Shown here: positions 1-11,600 of the stretch, in pieces | Position numbering within the stretch: the first letter of the stretch is position 1 | Layout of the letters: each line of letters begins with the position of its first letter | Origin: Yuukianura sp. NJ FZ-2021 | Taxonomy: Eukaryota | Reading direction: 5' to 3' | NCBI GenBank assembly: GCA_046563655.1 | Contig: CM102289.1 | Location: forward strand, 3,906,001-3,970,000 | DNA: 64,000 nucleotides | The notes under the pieces: model-generated | The model's database searches: none | Seen by the model: the letters and a program-made list of their open reading frames with translations, nothing else | What the model was told of the DNA's origin: nothing | Program-made: the position numbers and the translations under genes

Positions 1-1203
1 CAGTTGGTCAACTTGCCCGTTGGGAAAACACTGGTGGATCATATTGGAGCCAACTTGGAATTCACAGTCAGTGGGCCCAACATTGCTTTCGTTCCACAAC
101 GAGACACAACTCCTGCTGTTTTGTTAGAGTATGCAACCAATGGCACTGGTATACGACGAAATTATTTATTATGTTATGTATTTAATATGTTGCTTATGCT
201 GTTATACTGAACAACACCCAAAATCAATATCAGCAAAACTATGTTTTTACTTCTTCCCATGTATTTTTATTGATTTTTTTTTTTCGGTTTCTCAATAAGG
301 TCCTTATGCTTCCCCGTTTTTCAATCCACGAGCCTTGGTGTATATGACTACGAAAGAATTCAACAGTCCACTGTGGCCTGATATTGAAGTTCTTTACCGC
401 GGGGAATATGAAAACACATCTCTTGGAAATAACGTTTACCAAAACAAAATTTTGGCTCAAGTAATTCTAATGCGTCCCCTCAGTTCTGGTTATTTGAGGC
501 TAGCTAGCAAGAATCCTAGTGATCCGCCAGTAATCGATCCACAAATATTTTCCAATTCAAGCGACTTGAATCGGCTAGCCGAAGGTCAAGGAATTTTTTT
601 TACCAATTTGGAACAATTAATATACACTACAATACATTTTTTATTTGGTTTCAGGGGTTCGGTTTGCAGTAAAACTATTAAGGGAGACGAAAGTATTTAA
701 AAATCTTGATGTCAAGTTAATAAGGTTACCAGCGTGTGAGAAGTATTTGAAACGGAAGCAGAAATATGCCAAATGCATTGTACAGCAGGCAACGTTTACG
801 CGTAAGTATTCTAAAGTTCTAGCATTACACTGTTGATTTGAATTGTGCTGTATGTACAGTATGTCACCCGGTGGGAACTGTTAAAATGGGCAGCGCCGAT
901 GACATGTCAGCCGTCCTTGACTCAAAACTGCGGTAAACTTTGCGTCCTAAAATTTTAATTTTAACTTCAAATAAATTTTATGTCTATTTTATTTTTACTT
1001 TTAAATGCTTAAGTGCTTATTTTGATGTTAAAGGTTACAAGTACATTTAAAATTTTAGGGTTCGTGGAACATCGGGCCTGCGTGTCGTGGACAGTTCCGT
1101 AATGCCCACTGTTCCGGATGGGCACACTCACACGCCGACTCTCATGATTGGGGAAATGGGATCACAGTTTATCTTATCAAAATATTTTCGGAGCCTGAAA
1201 TAA
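1..1203 (+). CDS. GMC oxidoreductase (glucose dehydrogenase-like), 3' part; exons <4-148, 300-584, 655-801, 860-932, 1059-1203
   Basis: Spliced translation shows GMC motifs: LPVGKTLVDH, RPLSSGYLRLASKNPSDPPVIDP, TLCHPVGTVKMG, VLDSKLRVRGTSGLRVVDSSVMPTVPDGHTHTPTLMIGE. GT-AG introns keep the frame; stop TAA at 1201-1203. Confidence 0.93.
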
Positions 1204-1503
1204 TGGAAAATAACGTTGGCTAAGTACTGAAAGCAACTTTAAGTGACATTTAATCGAATTTCTTTAATCAATGGGAAAACATTGGAGGTGTCTGTGTATA
1301 ATGCATACTGTAAAATCAGGACCAGTTCTTCTCTGTAATGTGGTTTTATTCACCTTGTATTAAATTCTTGTACGTTTTAGAGAGTGAAGAGGTTAATGCG
1401 TAAAGTAGATACCTTTTTCCTACTTGTTAGCAACAAATTTAGAGCCTCTCACCTAATGCAAACAATGTTTAAAGAAAAAAATCTACTAACGCTTCAAAGT
1501 TAT

Positions 1504-3312
1504 TTAGTATGGAAAACGTTGTTCTCTAGGATCGCTGCCAACTTCAACAAAATTATATCCTTCCTGTTGCTGATGGTAGTAAAATTGCATCCAAAGAAAT
1601 TTCAAACATGAAAAACTTATCTTACTGGAATGAATTAATCTTGAACTTAGATAATCTCTGCACCATGTCTCTGTTTCCAAATTCGTTAGGTCTTGATCCA
1701 CAACGTTTGAATATTCGGCTTCATTGTTTTTGCTTGCGGTTACACCCGCGTTGCTACTATGTGGTTCCTGTACATCCGGAACTGTACTAATTTTTGGCAG
1801 TATTCTAGGTTCTTTTTTGAAATTTGAACCACCTGGCAAAACAAAATTTGGAAAAATTGAGTTGGATCTTGTTAAAGCATCGTTGCGGACTTCAGTTGAC
1901 GCGCCATCATTTTTTGGAGCAGGAGAATTTCCATGAACTGGAGGCGGAAGAACGTTTATCACCGTTCCAGATCCGGCCGTTTCTAAATCAGGTTCGCCGG
2001 AAACCGTTCCTGCTCCTTGTGTATCACTGGTTCCATACAATGACTGAAATCGGGTAATAAAATCAGGAAAAAAATAAAGAATGACTGTAAATGATGATAC
2101 TTTCCACAAAAAAACTTGTTTGTACAGCAAGTACCTGAATTCCATTGACGTCATCTAAATGCAGCTCAAAGTTTGGTATATACTGTTCAACATGGGTGAA
2201 CATCACAGCCTTCTGGATCATTGAGTGCTCAAGGCCTAGGGAATGGCCCAGCTCGTGGCATGCGGTTTGTAGAAATGTTTGACCACTGCGATCCTCTCCA
2301 GAGGTCCAATTAACTTCGTCATTGAAATGTATATCTCCCTTTTTGGAATTCAGAAATGTAGAAAAATAGGTATTAATCCATTTTTTTTATTGCAACGCAG
2401 TATTAGTTAGTCAATTTTTAGCTACTCACGCGTAGAGGGTGGTTGCCAGTTTGCTGCGGATAAAACGCATGTGCAAGGGTATTCATCTCAGCAAAACTCA
2501 TATTGTCATGATGTGGTCCCTTAACAAACACAACGTCAATGTCTGCCGTTTTCTATTGAAAACAGAAATTTATGTTACCGTAAAACTGGATAATATAAAT
2601 CAGCATACATGTAGAATGCAATACTGTTTTGCAAGCGTTTTAAACTCACAGCATCGTTTTCTTCTTTAATCAATTTAAATGTTGGTGAGATTACGGACAT
2701 CCACAATTTGATGGCGAGCGCGAATTCTTCTTCGATCTGCTCTTCAGGGAGGCAGCAATTTGCGTAATTTTTGAATCTGTACGTAATAACTGACTTTTCC
2801 CAGCCCGCTTGAACCGAATACCTGCACAGTAAATTACGCATGTTGTATTAATTTATTTATTTTGAATAAAAGGTCGAATCCTACAGAAAGGAAACCATTA
2901 CTTACCGTTTCCTGCGACCTGAATGTAGCATTTGTTCGACAACGGATCGGTCACTGTTGCCACACCTTGGAGACTCCATCATACTCGTTGTTTTTTGATC
3001 CATTTTACCGGTTGGTTCAATATGATTGTACTCTTGGTACATCATAATAGCAGACTCCATCGCTTCACTTTTTTCCTCACCATCTTTCATCGCCATTTGA
3101 CTGTCCGTTAAGTAACCAAATTGATTCAAGAATTTCTAGAATTCATATTTCTAGAGTTTAATTTCTTAGAATGAAGATTAAAAGCAACTTGTCTCTGGAA
3201 ACATTAAAAGTCTTACCATGCCCATTGACGTGTCATTGATTTTAACAGCATCTAGGCTTAAAGTAAACAATATTATTTGTGTTGTAACAAATGAAATCAA
3301 TTTCCGCCTCAT
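1504..3312 (-). CDS. Matrix metalloproteinase (M10A), no hemopexin domain; exons 3312-3217, 3135-2906, 2821-2650, 2552-2430, 2338-2135, 2043-~1504 (3' end uncertain)
   Basis: Signal peptide MRRKLISFVTTQIILFTLSL, pro-domain FLNQFGYL, cysteine switch PRCGNSD, furin site RRKR, LAHAFYP, GDIHFNDE, zinc motif HELGHSLGLEH, Met-turn AVMF. Confidence 0.92.
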
Positions 3313-3940
3313 TGTCTGCTTTCGGCACTATGTTACGAGCTTGGAACAGTTGGTAAAAAAGTTATATGAAAAATCCAATTCCGGTAAAAACAATACTCAA
3401 GTATCGTCAGAAGTCCAGGATTTACTTTTGTTTAATAATGTGAACAATTACTGAACACCTTCGAATTCTACTGACAGCGTCAAAATAATGTTGCACAAGT
3501 AAAGCATTTTTTATTACTTTGAATTTAGCGAATTTTTCCTGCTGATTACATCAAGCCTCCCGCAAGGGTGTAGAAGAAGATACGGTTAAGGCAGTAGCGG
3601 AAAAGGAAACCGCATTGTAAAACCAGTTGCATCTTGCCAGAAAAACGACTAAACACGTTACCAATTCAATTTTTAATGCAATACAAGACATATGATACAA
3701 GTGTAGCAATGGCGCTCGTGGATCCCAACGGGATTTTAAACCTTACGGCGCATGAGCGAAGAGTATTACGCTTGGCGTGCTTTTAGCAGACTTTCACCAA
3801 AGCACAAGATCACATTCATTCTTAGCAAGCTCAGATAATTCAATCCAACTCTCTTTGTGGTGCAGTCGTGTGTTTAAAGCGTCCGCAAATAAATAAATCT
3901 GTTTCAAAACTTTGCTTAAATTCATAGGTCTGTCTTAAGA

Positions 3941-5005
3941 ATGTGGGAAAGTGCACAAAAACCATTAAAAGTACGCGGAACCCTCAGACCCGACGGTACA
4001 ACGTATTTTTTTCTTGGAGGACAGGAAGAGACGACACTTCCGAAGATATCCCGACGACAAAAAATATTTCCAAAATCTATAACGCAAATGTCAAAAATTC
4101 CCGATAACTTTGAAACGCTTCCACGACATTTCGATGCAAATCATCAGCCAATCGAGCAAAGCAAAAGCGCAGGTAATCCTTGCCCGAAACTTTCTCAAGA
4201 TTCTGAACATTATTGGTGTGACTTGGCGGGAAAAGAAGCAAACCGACTTCTGAAGATGGATCTCTTCGCAGAGAGGAGTCCCTTAATCAAATCCTTGAAG
4301 CGAAGCGGGTATCAAAATTCTCAAAGGAATTCCCGACCTTCCGATTCTGAGTTTGGGCAAAACGTGTCAAGAAATTCTCTTTGCTCAAGAATACTAACAT
4401 GGATTGATCATGAGGTGCAACGTAACACAAAAACAAAAATTCAAAATTCCATGGAACGTGGAACACATCTAAAAGACTATAGACTATGTGGGAGCACATT
4501 TGAGAATTCAAGGAAGCTGTCGGCAGATAGAAGGTCAAGCACGAGTTCAATGACCTCATTTACGTCATCTGAAACCTGTTCAGAGCAGCATTCCATTTCG
4601 GATTCCAGTGAGAGTACGGGGTCAATGACCTCGTCAACATTGCATAAACCGACATACAGGAAGCAAAACTTGAAAAAACGTAGTAAGATTATTCAAGAAT
4701 ATCAAGTCACTCCGCAAAAAAAGACGAACGGTGCCGTAAGCGATGTGTCCGCCCTGGGTCTTGCGGAGCTTAGAATCGATGATTGTCGCTTGTTTCTTCT
4801 AGGTGAAACCGATTCACGCCATACTTGTAACATCCCATTACCCAACAGTGGCGCAGAAGAGGCTTCAAATGAAATAGACGAAAATGGACAAGGAGAAAAA
4901 GTGCTGAGAAATTTTTCGGACAGGAAAAAGCCTAAAAATAAAATTTATCTGCACATTTTTCTTCCTGTGACTTCGATTTCCTGTTCAAATAAAAATGCAA
5001 ATTAA
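3941..5005 (+). CDS. Hypothetical 354-aa Ser/Arg-rich intronless protein
   Basis: 1065-bp ATG-started ORF in AT-rich DNA, preceded by an acceptor-like ttcatag, with AATAAA near the stop; no recognisable domain. Confidence 0.6.
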   Translation: MWESAQKPLKVRGTLRPDGTTYFFLGGQEETTLPKISRRQKIFPKSITQMSKIPDNFETLPRHFDANHQPIEQSKSAGNPCPKLSQDSEHYWCDLAGKEANRLLKMDLFAERSPLIKSLKRSGYQNSQRNSRPSDSEFGQNVSRNSLCSRILTWIDHEVQRNTKTKIQNSMERGTHLKDYRLCGSTFENSRKLSADRRSSTSSMTSFTSSETCSEQHSISDSSESTGSMTSSTLHKPTYRKQNLKKRSKIIQEYQVTPQKKTNGAVSDVSALGLAELRIDDCRLFLLGETDSRHTCNIPLPNSGAEEASNEIDENGQGEKVLRNFSDRKKPKNKIYLHIFLPVTSISCSNKNAN

Positions 5006-5845
5006 AGGCTTACGTTGTGAGAGAAAAAGTGACAACTGAAGTTTTCGTGCATTTTTACTCAACTTTCCAAGTTTCCTTAAGTGCAAAACTTTCCTCTTTT
5101 TTCATTCTCTTCTACGTTGTGATTCTTTTTAGAGAAAGCAGTCTACTTTCCTTTCTGTAACCTAACGTTTCCCTAGTTTTTTCACAACTTACCGTGATAG
5201 AGGAGAAGGGAAGTGGGTAATTATGCATCATTATCCAACATAAAAAGTCTGTCTTTTCTAAAAATGCATTATAGTTAGTACACTTGGTGCAAGGACCGAA
5301 AACACATTCAAAGGTATTCGTTCCTGCTTTCTAGACACGAGTAGCAGGAATTTGACTTTACATTCCCTTAAATACATTTTCCGCAAATTTTAAAAGTGAG
5401 CAACGCATGCAACTATAACTTTGAAAGTAATGCTTAATTTAAGTTTTTTTAGTATGTTTGTTTGTACCCTGCTCCTGGCATATCACATTTGTTACTAAAA
5501 GTTGTGTAAATTTTTAGTTTGGAAAAACGGCGTTTCTTGCGTTCCGCTTCTTGCTGTTTTAAAACGTCAAAAATCCTTCTCAACTTCTTCTACTAGCTTC
5601 CAAGGGACAAAGTTTCGAAACGAATTCAAAAACTGCGTGAGTTTTACAATAGTTGACTTTATTTTAAAGCCGAAACAGGATAATTAGCCAAAAGGAACAC
5701 ACAACAGGCCTTCGCTTGACTTCTTTCTTAATATTAATAATATACTATACAATACATAATAATGCTGAGAGCAGGAGTATGTAATAGTAGAAAAACAACA
5801 GTATTTTGATTGGATAGGGAAATTCGAATAATCATGAGAAAAGCA

Positions 5846-8043
5846 TTAATAATGTTCCAGGAATGCCCATTTTCTTTCCCGAAAAATAGTTGGAATATTC
5901 AATCCACCTAGATGACTGAATACGATGACTGCTTCCCTTCCCTTCAACGTGTCTTCATGAAGGAATTTCTTGTGATGACCACTGAGTTTCTCTCGGCATT
6001 CGTCAGAAACCTGAAGAAAGAGACATGATGTACGGACGCCATTTTATAAATATAAGGTTAGGATATCAATGAATTAATTCTTTACTTTGACTCCATCTAG
6101 CGTCAAGCAATCGAGCGGAGGAAGTTGGAGTAACTTCAGATGAACCGACGAATCTGTCCTGCAGCGTAGATCACAATATCGGAAGTTTATTGCCAGTGTT
6201 TTCAAATCTGCAACAAAAAAAAGTTATTAATAAGCCTTTCTTGCAATTTTTTGTTTTAAGAAAGTCCTTCTTACTGATAAGTGATAGGAACGTATGTTGA
6301 TCCTCTTTGAATTCGGGCCCAGTATCCGAATTTTCTTGTTCTACGTTCAAACCCAAACACGCCGCATTAGCAGTCTCCGTCTTCTCATTACTTGGATATG
6401 CTGAGTAGATAATGCTGGAATCAATCTTGCAGTTGAACATATTTCCAATGGTGTGTGGTTCAGTATAGGGAGCACTTATATCCAAATGCTCTAACTTTTC
6501 CATCTCCAAAACATGTTTCAGTGTCGCTTTCGAAACTCCACTCACTTCGACCTTCCGCACGTTTGGCAAAACTTGATTCCAGTTGGCTTTGACTGATGAG
6601 TGATATTCCGCAGGACCATGTTCATATATCCTTAGTTCCTTAACAGAGTCGACATGTATTGAGAGAGCTGAAAATAGCGATTCTGCAACATGCCCGTTCT
6701 TCATCACAACAATGAGCTTTTCAAGTTTTTTAAATTGGTTTGGTTGAAATGGAGTCAAGCTCGACAGCAATGGTTGGTAAGGATGTTCATTCCTCGGTCC
6801 GTAGGTATCTAATTCAAGTGTCTTCAGTCTGGGAAGTGGTGGTAAGGTAAGTTTGCAGTCTTGTGCATGGCGTGCTGTCAGGCGGTTATCACCAATTCTT
6901 AAATATGTCAGTCGATTGGAGTTCTGCTTTAGAAAATGTTCCAACGGCCGAAAGAAGTGTGGACTGTCATTCAGAACTGAAGACATCGGGAGATAATCCA
7001 GACGAAATTCTGTTACTTTTAAACCAGAGTTTGCTAAATGTTCAAACATGTCCAAATCATTAGAGCTCGCATCCACGTATTGGATGGAAATACTTGGAAT
7101 TGAAGTCAAACCCTCTAGGAGAGAGTTGAGCTGGGTGAAGTTAAAGGTATGTCCGATCGTAAAATGAAAATATCTCAAGTGCTGAACGTTGATCCGATTG
7201 AAGAGAAACCTTGTTATCCTGGCGAAAGTGTACAAACTTAATTCAAGCACGTGTAGATCCTGCAGTTTTCTCAGCTTCACTGAAACATTATTTTCCGAAT
7301 CGACGATATGGTCCCAGGTTTCTGGTTCTGGTAATAGCATCTCGTTAGTCTCAGCCCCAATTATCAGTGTTTCCAAATTCGGCATTCCGTTGAAAACGTC
7401 TATGATGAATGCAGTGCGATTCCCTGTGAGTGTTACTTTTCGAATTTGGGTTCCAAATGCGTCCAGAAATCGTCGAAACATGTCTGGGGTCAATGCATCA
7501 CCCGAATCATCCAATTTCCTCTTTGAATTTGTGACGTTGATGGTACATGCCGACCATGGAAGCTGATCGCCCAAGTCCTTAAATGTGCACATCATTTCCT
7601 CAAAATTGGGTGGTCCCCACTCCGAGCGTAAATGAACATGTTGTCTTCTTGCAACAGTCGACGCCGCTAATTTAAACCTCCTGGAGACTTGTCGGCATTT
7701 CATTAAGTCCGTGAAGGAAAGGTACCCCAGGATCGAACAAATCATCTAAAAAATTAAACAAATGGCTTTGGCCTTTGTCAATAGCTTAGATAACATTAAT
7801 TTCCCGAAACTACTAAACTGGGTTCGGGTGGATTGGGGCAAGTGTTAAGCAGTAAAAAAGACAAAGTCCGTGCGCAGCCAGGAGAGATTCATATTCGCTC
7901 TAAAATGCGCGTGGACTTCGAGTTTTTTTTTTAAAACCTAACCCTAAAACATTATAAGCTGCTTGACACTTGCCCCAATCTAGCCACTGGGTTCCCGTCA
8001 CCGAAAACCTTCGAAAACTTACCTCTTCCGGAAGTGTCCCCAT
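5846..8043 (-). CDS. F-box/LRR-like protein 1; exons 8043-8023, 7745-6275, 6207-6086, 6010-5846
   Basis: N-terminal F-box MGTLPEE|MICSILGYLSFTDLMKCRQVSRRF followed by LxxLxxL repeats; in-frame GT-AG introns; clear paralog at 49895-52186. Confidence 0.9.
7826..7985. mobile_element. 160-bp MITE with 9-bp TSD (Mutator- or Merlin-like) in intron 1 of F-box gene 1
   Basis: TIRs GGGTGGATTGGGGCAAGTGTTAAGCAG / CTGCTTGACACTTGCCCCAATCTAGCC, flanked by direct repeat ACTGGGTTC (7817-7825, 7986-7994). Confidence 0.85.
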
Positions 8044-8447
8044 TTTTTGAAGGTCAAAACAGATCTAGATAGATGTGGAATCTAAATACTACAACATCAA
8101 ATCAAATGAAATCTTCAATATTACTTTATTAATATTGAACCAAAAAGTTGTAACAACTCACTTCTTGTTCGATGTTGGATGTTATATTAGTAATTCCTCT
8201 TCTGCTAATGGAGAAAAAATGTTTGTTTACAATTTTGAATGAGAGAGAAAACACAAAAACCAGCTGATAAGGCTTGACTAATAGTGAGAAACCGCATACA
8301 CGCTGGCAGCGGCAACCGCCCGCCCTAAACCCATCAAATGAGTGTTTTGATTGAAAGTTTTTTTTTAACATTGTTCATAGATTGTTTGTACCAACAATTT
8401 AATAAACAAGAAAGAGACGCTGTCTTTGGAAAGCTCCCAATCCAATT

Positions 8448-8615
8448 GGTTCCAGGTAATTTGGTCGGAATTGGATTGGTCGAAAACGCAGAGGTCGGCA
8501 AACCTAACCTACCCCTAGCATTAGAAAGATTAAACAATCCAGACCTAAATCCCATATACGCCTGCCGACCTCTGCGTTTCCGACCAATTCACTTCCGACC
8601 AAATTACCTGCTACG
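8448..8615. mobile_element. 168-bp foldback MITE, ends GGTTCCAGG...CCTGCTACG, 8-bp TSD
   Basis: ~48-bp inverted arms (caggtaatttggtcggaa...gaggtcggca / tgccgacctc...ccaaattacctg); TSD ATCCAATT at 8440-8447 and 8616-8623. Confidence 0.9.
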
Positions 8616-11600
8616 ATCCAATTAATTTAAAGTGTTATATTTTAGAATGCTGAATACGATGAATTTTAGAAATTTTGAAACAAAGTTTCCCGGATTTTTC
8701 TCCGAGTGGTACTCACTCTTTATAGTAGTATCAATGTACGTCCGCGTAAGTGACAATAATCGTTAACTAGATTCAATGCTGTGTCATTGCATCTTAGCTC
8801 GGAACATTCGTTACGCTACCGTTCCTTCTATTCCCCATCTTTGCCAGCTCCGCTCCCGCTCTGCAGAAAAAAAAACAATTTCTTCCAGATAATACTTTGT
8901 AGCTGGACCCAAAATTTTTTGTAGGGAAAACAAACTTTCGCTTTGTCAAATCGTTAATTTTTTTTTTCCTTTCACTGTACGACGTTTTAAGTCATTTCCA
9001 ATCGTTTCTAGCAAATAATTTTTGCATGTTTTGCGACTGCCTTACTTGAACATTTTGGATATGAAGTGAAGGAGAGACCTTCTCATCAACAAAATTTTGT
9101 TTTTTTTTCATTCTTGCGTCAAGCCAACTCAATGTATATTCTTACACTATAAAAACCGCTGAAATGAGCCTTCGGATCTGGTAACGATTTTTTTTTCGAA
9201 ATTCGAAGTTGAATTTGCCTACTGATTTTCCCAACAGCGATAATTCTTACATTTATGAGCGAGACGCTTAAATACAAACAAAAAGTTGACGGATTATAGC
9301 GACACAATATTAAACAATAATTATTGAAAATTTATGTGGAAAATTTTTGGAAAGTTTTAGGTAGAGAGTAATTGTAAATGTACTTTTGCATTAGCAGAAG
9401 CATTGCTTCCAGTCAACAGTAGTTCACGCATAGTGCTCGGCTGAAGTTTTCGTATTTAGCTGTGTTGTGTTGTGTCGGTGGGGGTTTCTAAACCAAAAGA
9501 AAAGAAAAAGATGGGGAATGAGCTCGGAGCTTTCTCTGCGTCACTTGCTTCTTCATCCTTTGCCAGGCAACAACTTCCGATTCGGCTCAGCGTCTGTCGC
9601 CATACTGTTGAGACATTAAGAATATCCACTTGGAACTTGGAGTTGCATACCAACACAACGTAAGCTATTTGCTGATTTTTCTACTTTAGTTTTTACAGCT
9701 CCTGACAAATATCACCCTCCTCTTAACCTACGTCATTTTAATTAAATCTAAAACAAAAATATTCAGAAAACCTTTAGCAGCGAGGAACAAAGATTTTCGT
9801 ATTTGGTTTCAAAGTAAAATTTGGTGTGGAGAAAGCGCGACTGAGATTGGTCCATATCGTTACTCTTTAAGGTTAATTAGCCTAAATGCTTCCGAAATTC
9901 TAGCTTAGACACTAACGCCGGATTTTGCGTATGGCGAACTCTCCCTTCACACATAACCTTTTTTCTTTTCCTCAAAAAAATACGCAGTCATAAATACCAT
10001 ACATTCTCAATACTTTTCCCTGTATTTTTGGAATTAAGTTTCGGTGGACGATTAGAATTATAGGAGATTTTTTTAGTTTGAAAATTGGTACATTATCAGT
10101 TTACATTGAAAACGCAGCAATATTACATTACTCCAGTTTCTAATTTTCCAGACAACATTAAGCATCTAAGCTATTTGCTACTTTATAGTTTACTCGTGTC
10201 TGTCACTTTACTTGTAAAAATATCACTGGAACCGTTAAACAAATATTTAATCTGTTGCCTATTACTGACGTTGATCAAGTGGTTTTCAGCTGTATATTTA
10301 CACTCTTTGATTCCCTAGCGATCATAGAGCGTATAATACTGTTTTTGGTTTAACTGGGAGTGAATTACTTCCAGGTCATAGGTCAAATTCACAGTTTTTC
10401 AACGGTATGCCGAAAATGACTTACAAAAGTTATGTACTGTATCGTGACCAACAACTTTTTGTAATACAAATAGCTTGACCTTTGTACACACAACAGTATG
10501 GAGGTCATAGTATACAAGCCACAAAAATCTTTCGCTACTTTCAATTACCATTTCCTCTTTTTTGAAAACGCGTGTTCGATCCGGGATGGCCTCGATGAGT
10601 TGGTTATGCCATTGGAGTAACCTCCCTACGCACCGTATATTTTGTGAAAGGTGCGTTTGTGGAACTTTCACGTTAACATTAGGAGCAGGTGAAAGTGGAG
10701 GTGGTTTATGGCTGGCAGCCACAGACTGGGTCAATGCCTGCCTCCATAAAATTCTGATGAGAAACCTACATTTCCACATCGGAACCCGCTTTCCAGTTCC
10801 AGTCTTGTGGCTTCTCCACGTGCCTCTGCTAATTACGCATTAATGACACTCAAGTGCGTACGCCATTAGAGAATGGCAAGGGCTTAGGACAAAGCTTACG
10901 CGCCTTCTACTTTGCCAGACACACCTTTCTAGTCTTCCAGAATGCTGGAAAGCCTTAAGGCTTAACTATTAGTCACAATATATTTCCAGCGTTCATAACG
11001 CTACCAACTTAATGTAGTTTTTTGTAAGTTAAGATCTCCTTCATAAAGTTTCTAATTCCAATGTTTTCTGTGAATGTCTTGTAAACTTTGACAAATAACT
11101 CATTAAAAAATTGGAGAAACGAAGGTTCTTTCTTTGAGAAATTGTTTTGGAAAGGAACATTGTTAATTCAGTGCATCGGACCTAAGGCATAAGGTTGATG
11201 GTTAGTGATGATGGGCGCTCCATATTCCCATTACGCTTGAACACGCACTCACGCACACCCACTCGCACCATTTCCTATACTACACGAGGTAATGACACGA
11301 GAGAAAAAGAGGAAATGAAATTGAGTACTATTGGGGAAATGGAATCAAGACGCTTTTTCCCTCCCGCCACGCTCCATATTTTCCAATTCAAATGGCCACG
11401 AAAAAACAACATTTTCTTTTTCGCAATTTTTACGCTCATCTGTAAGCTCTAAAAATGTACACATTTGAGAGCTACCGAAAAGCATAAAATGTGCGTGTTT
11501 TTAATACAAGATTTTAAGGAAAGTCGTCTCTTTTTCTTGTTTTAGAAGTTTTATTGAAGGCGTAACTGTCGTTTGTTTAAAAATGTTGGTTGGCAGAAGT

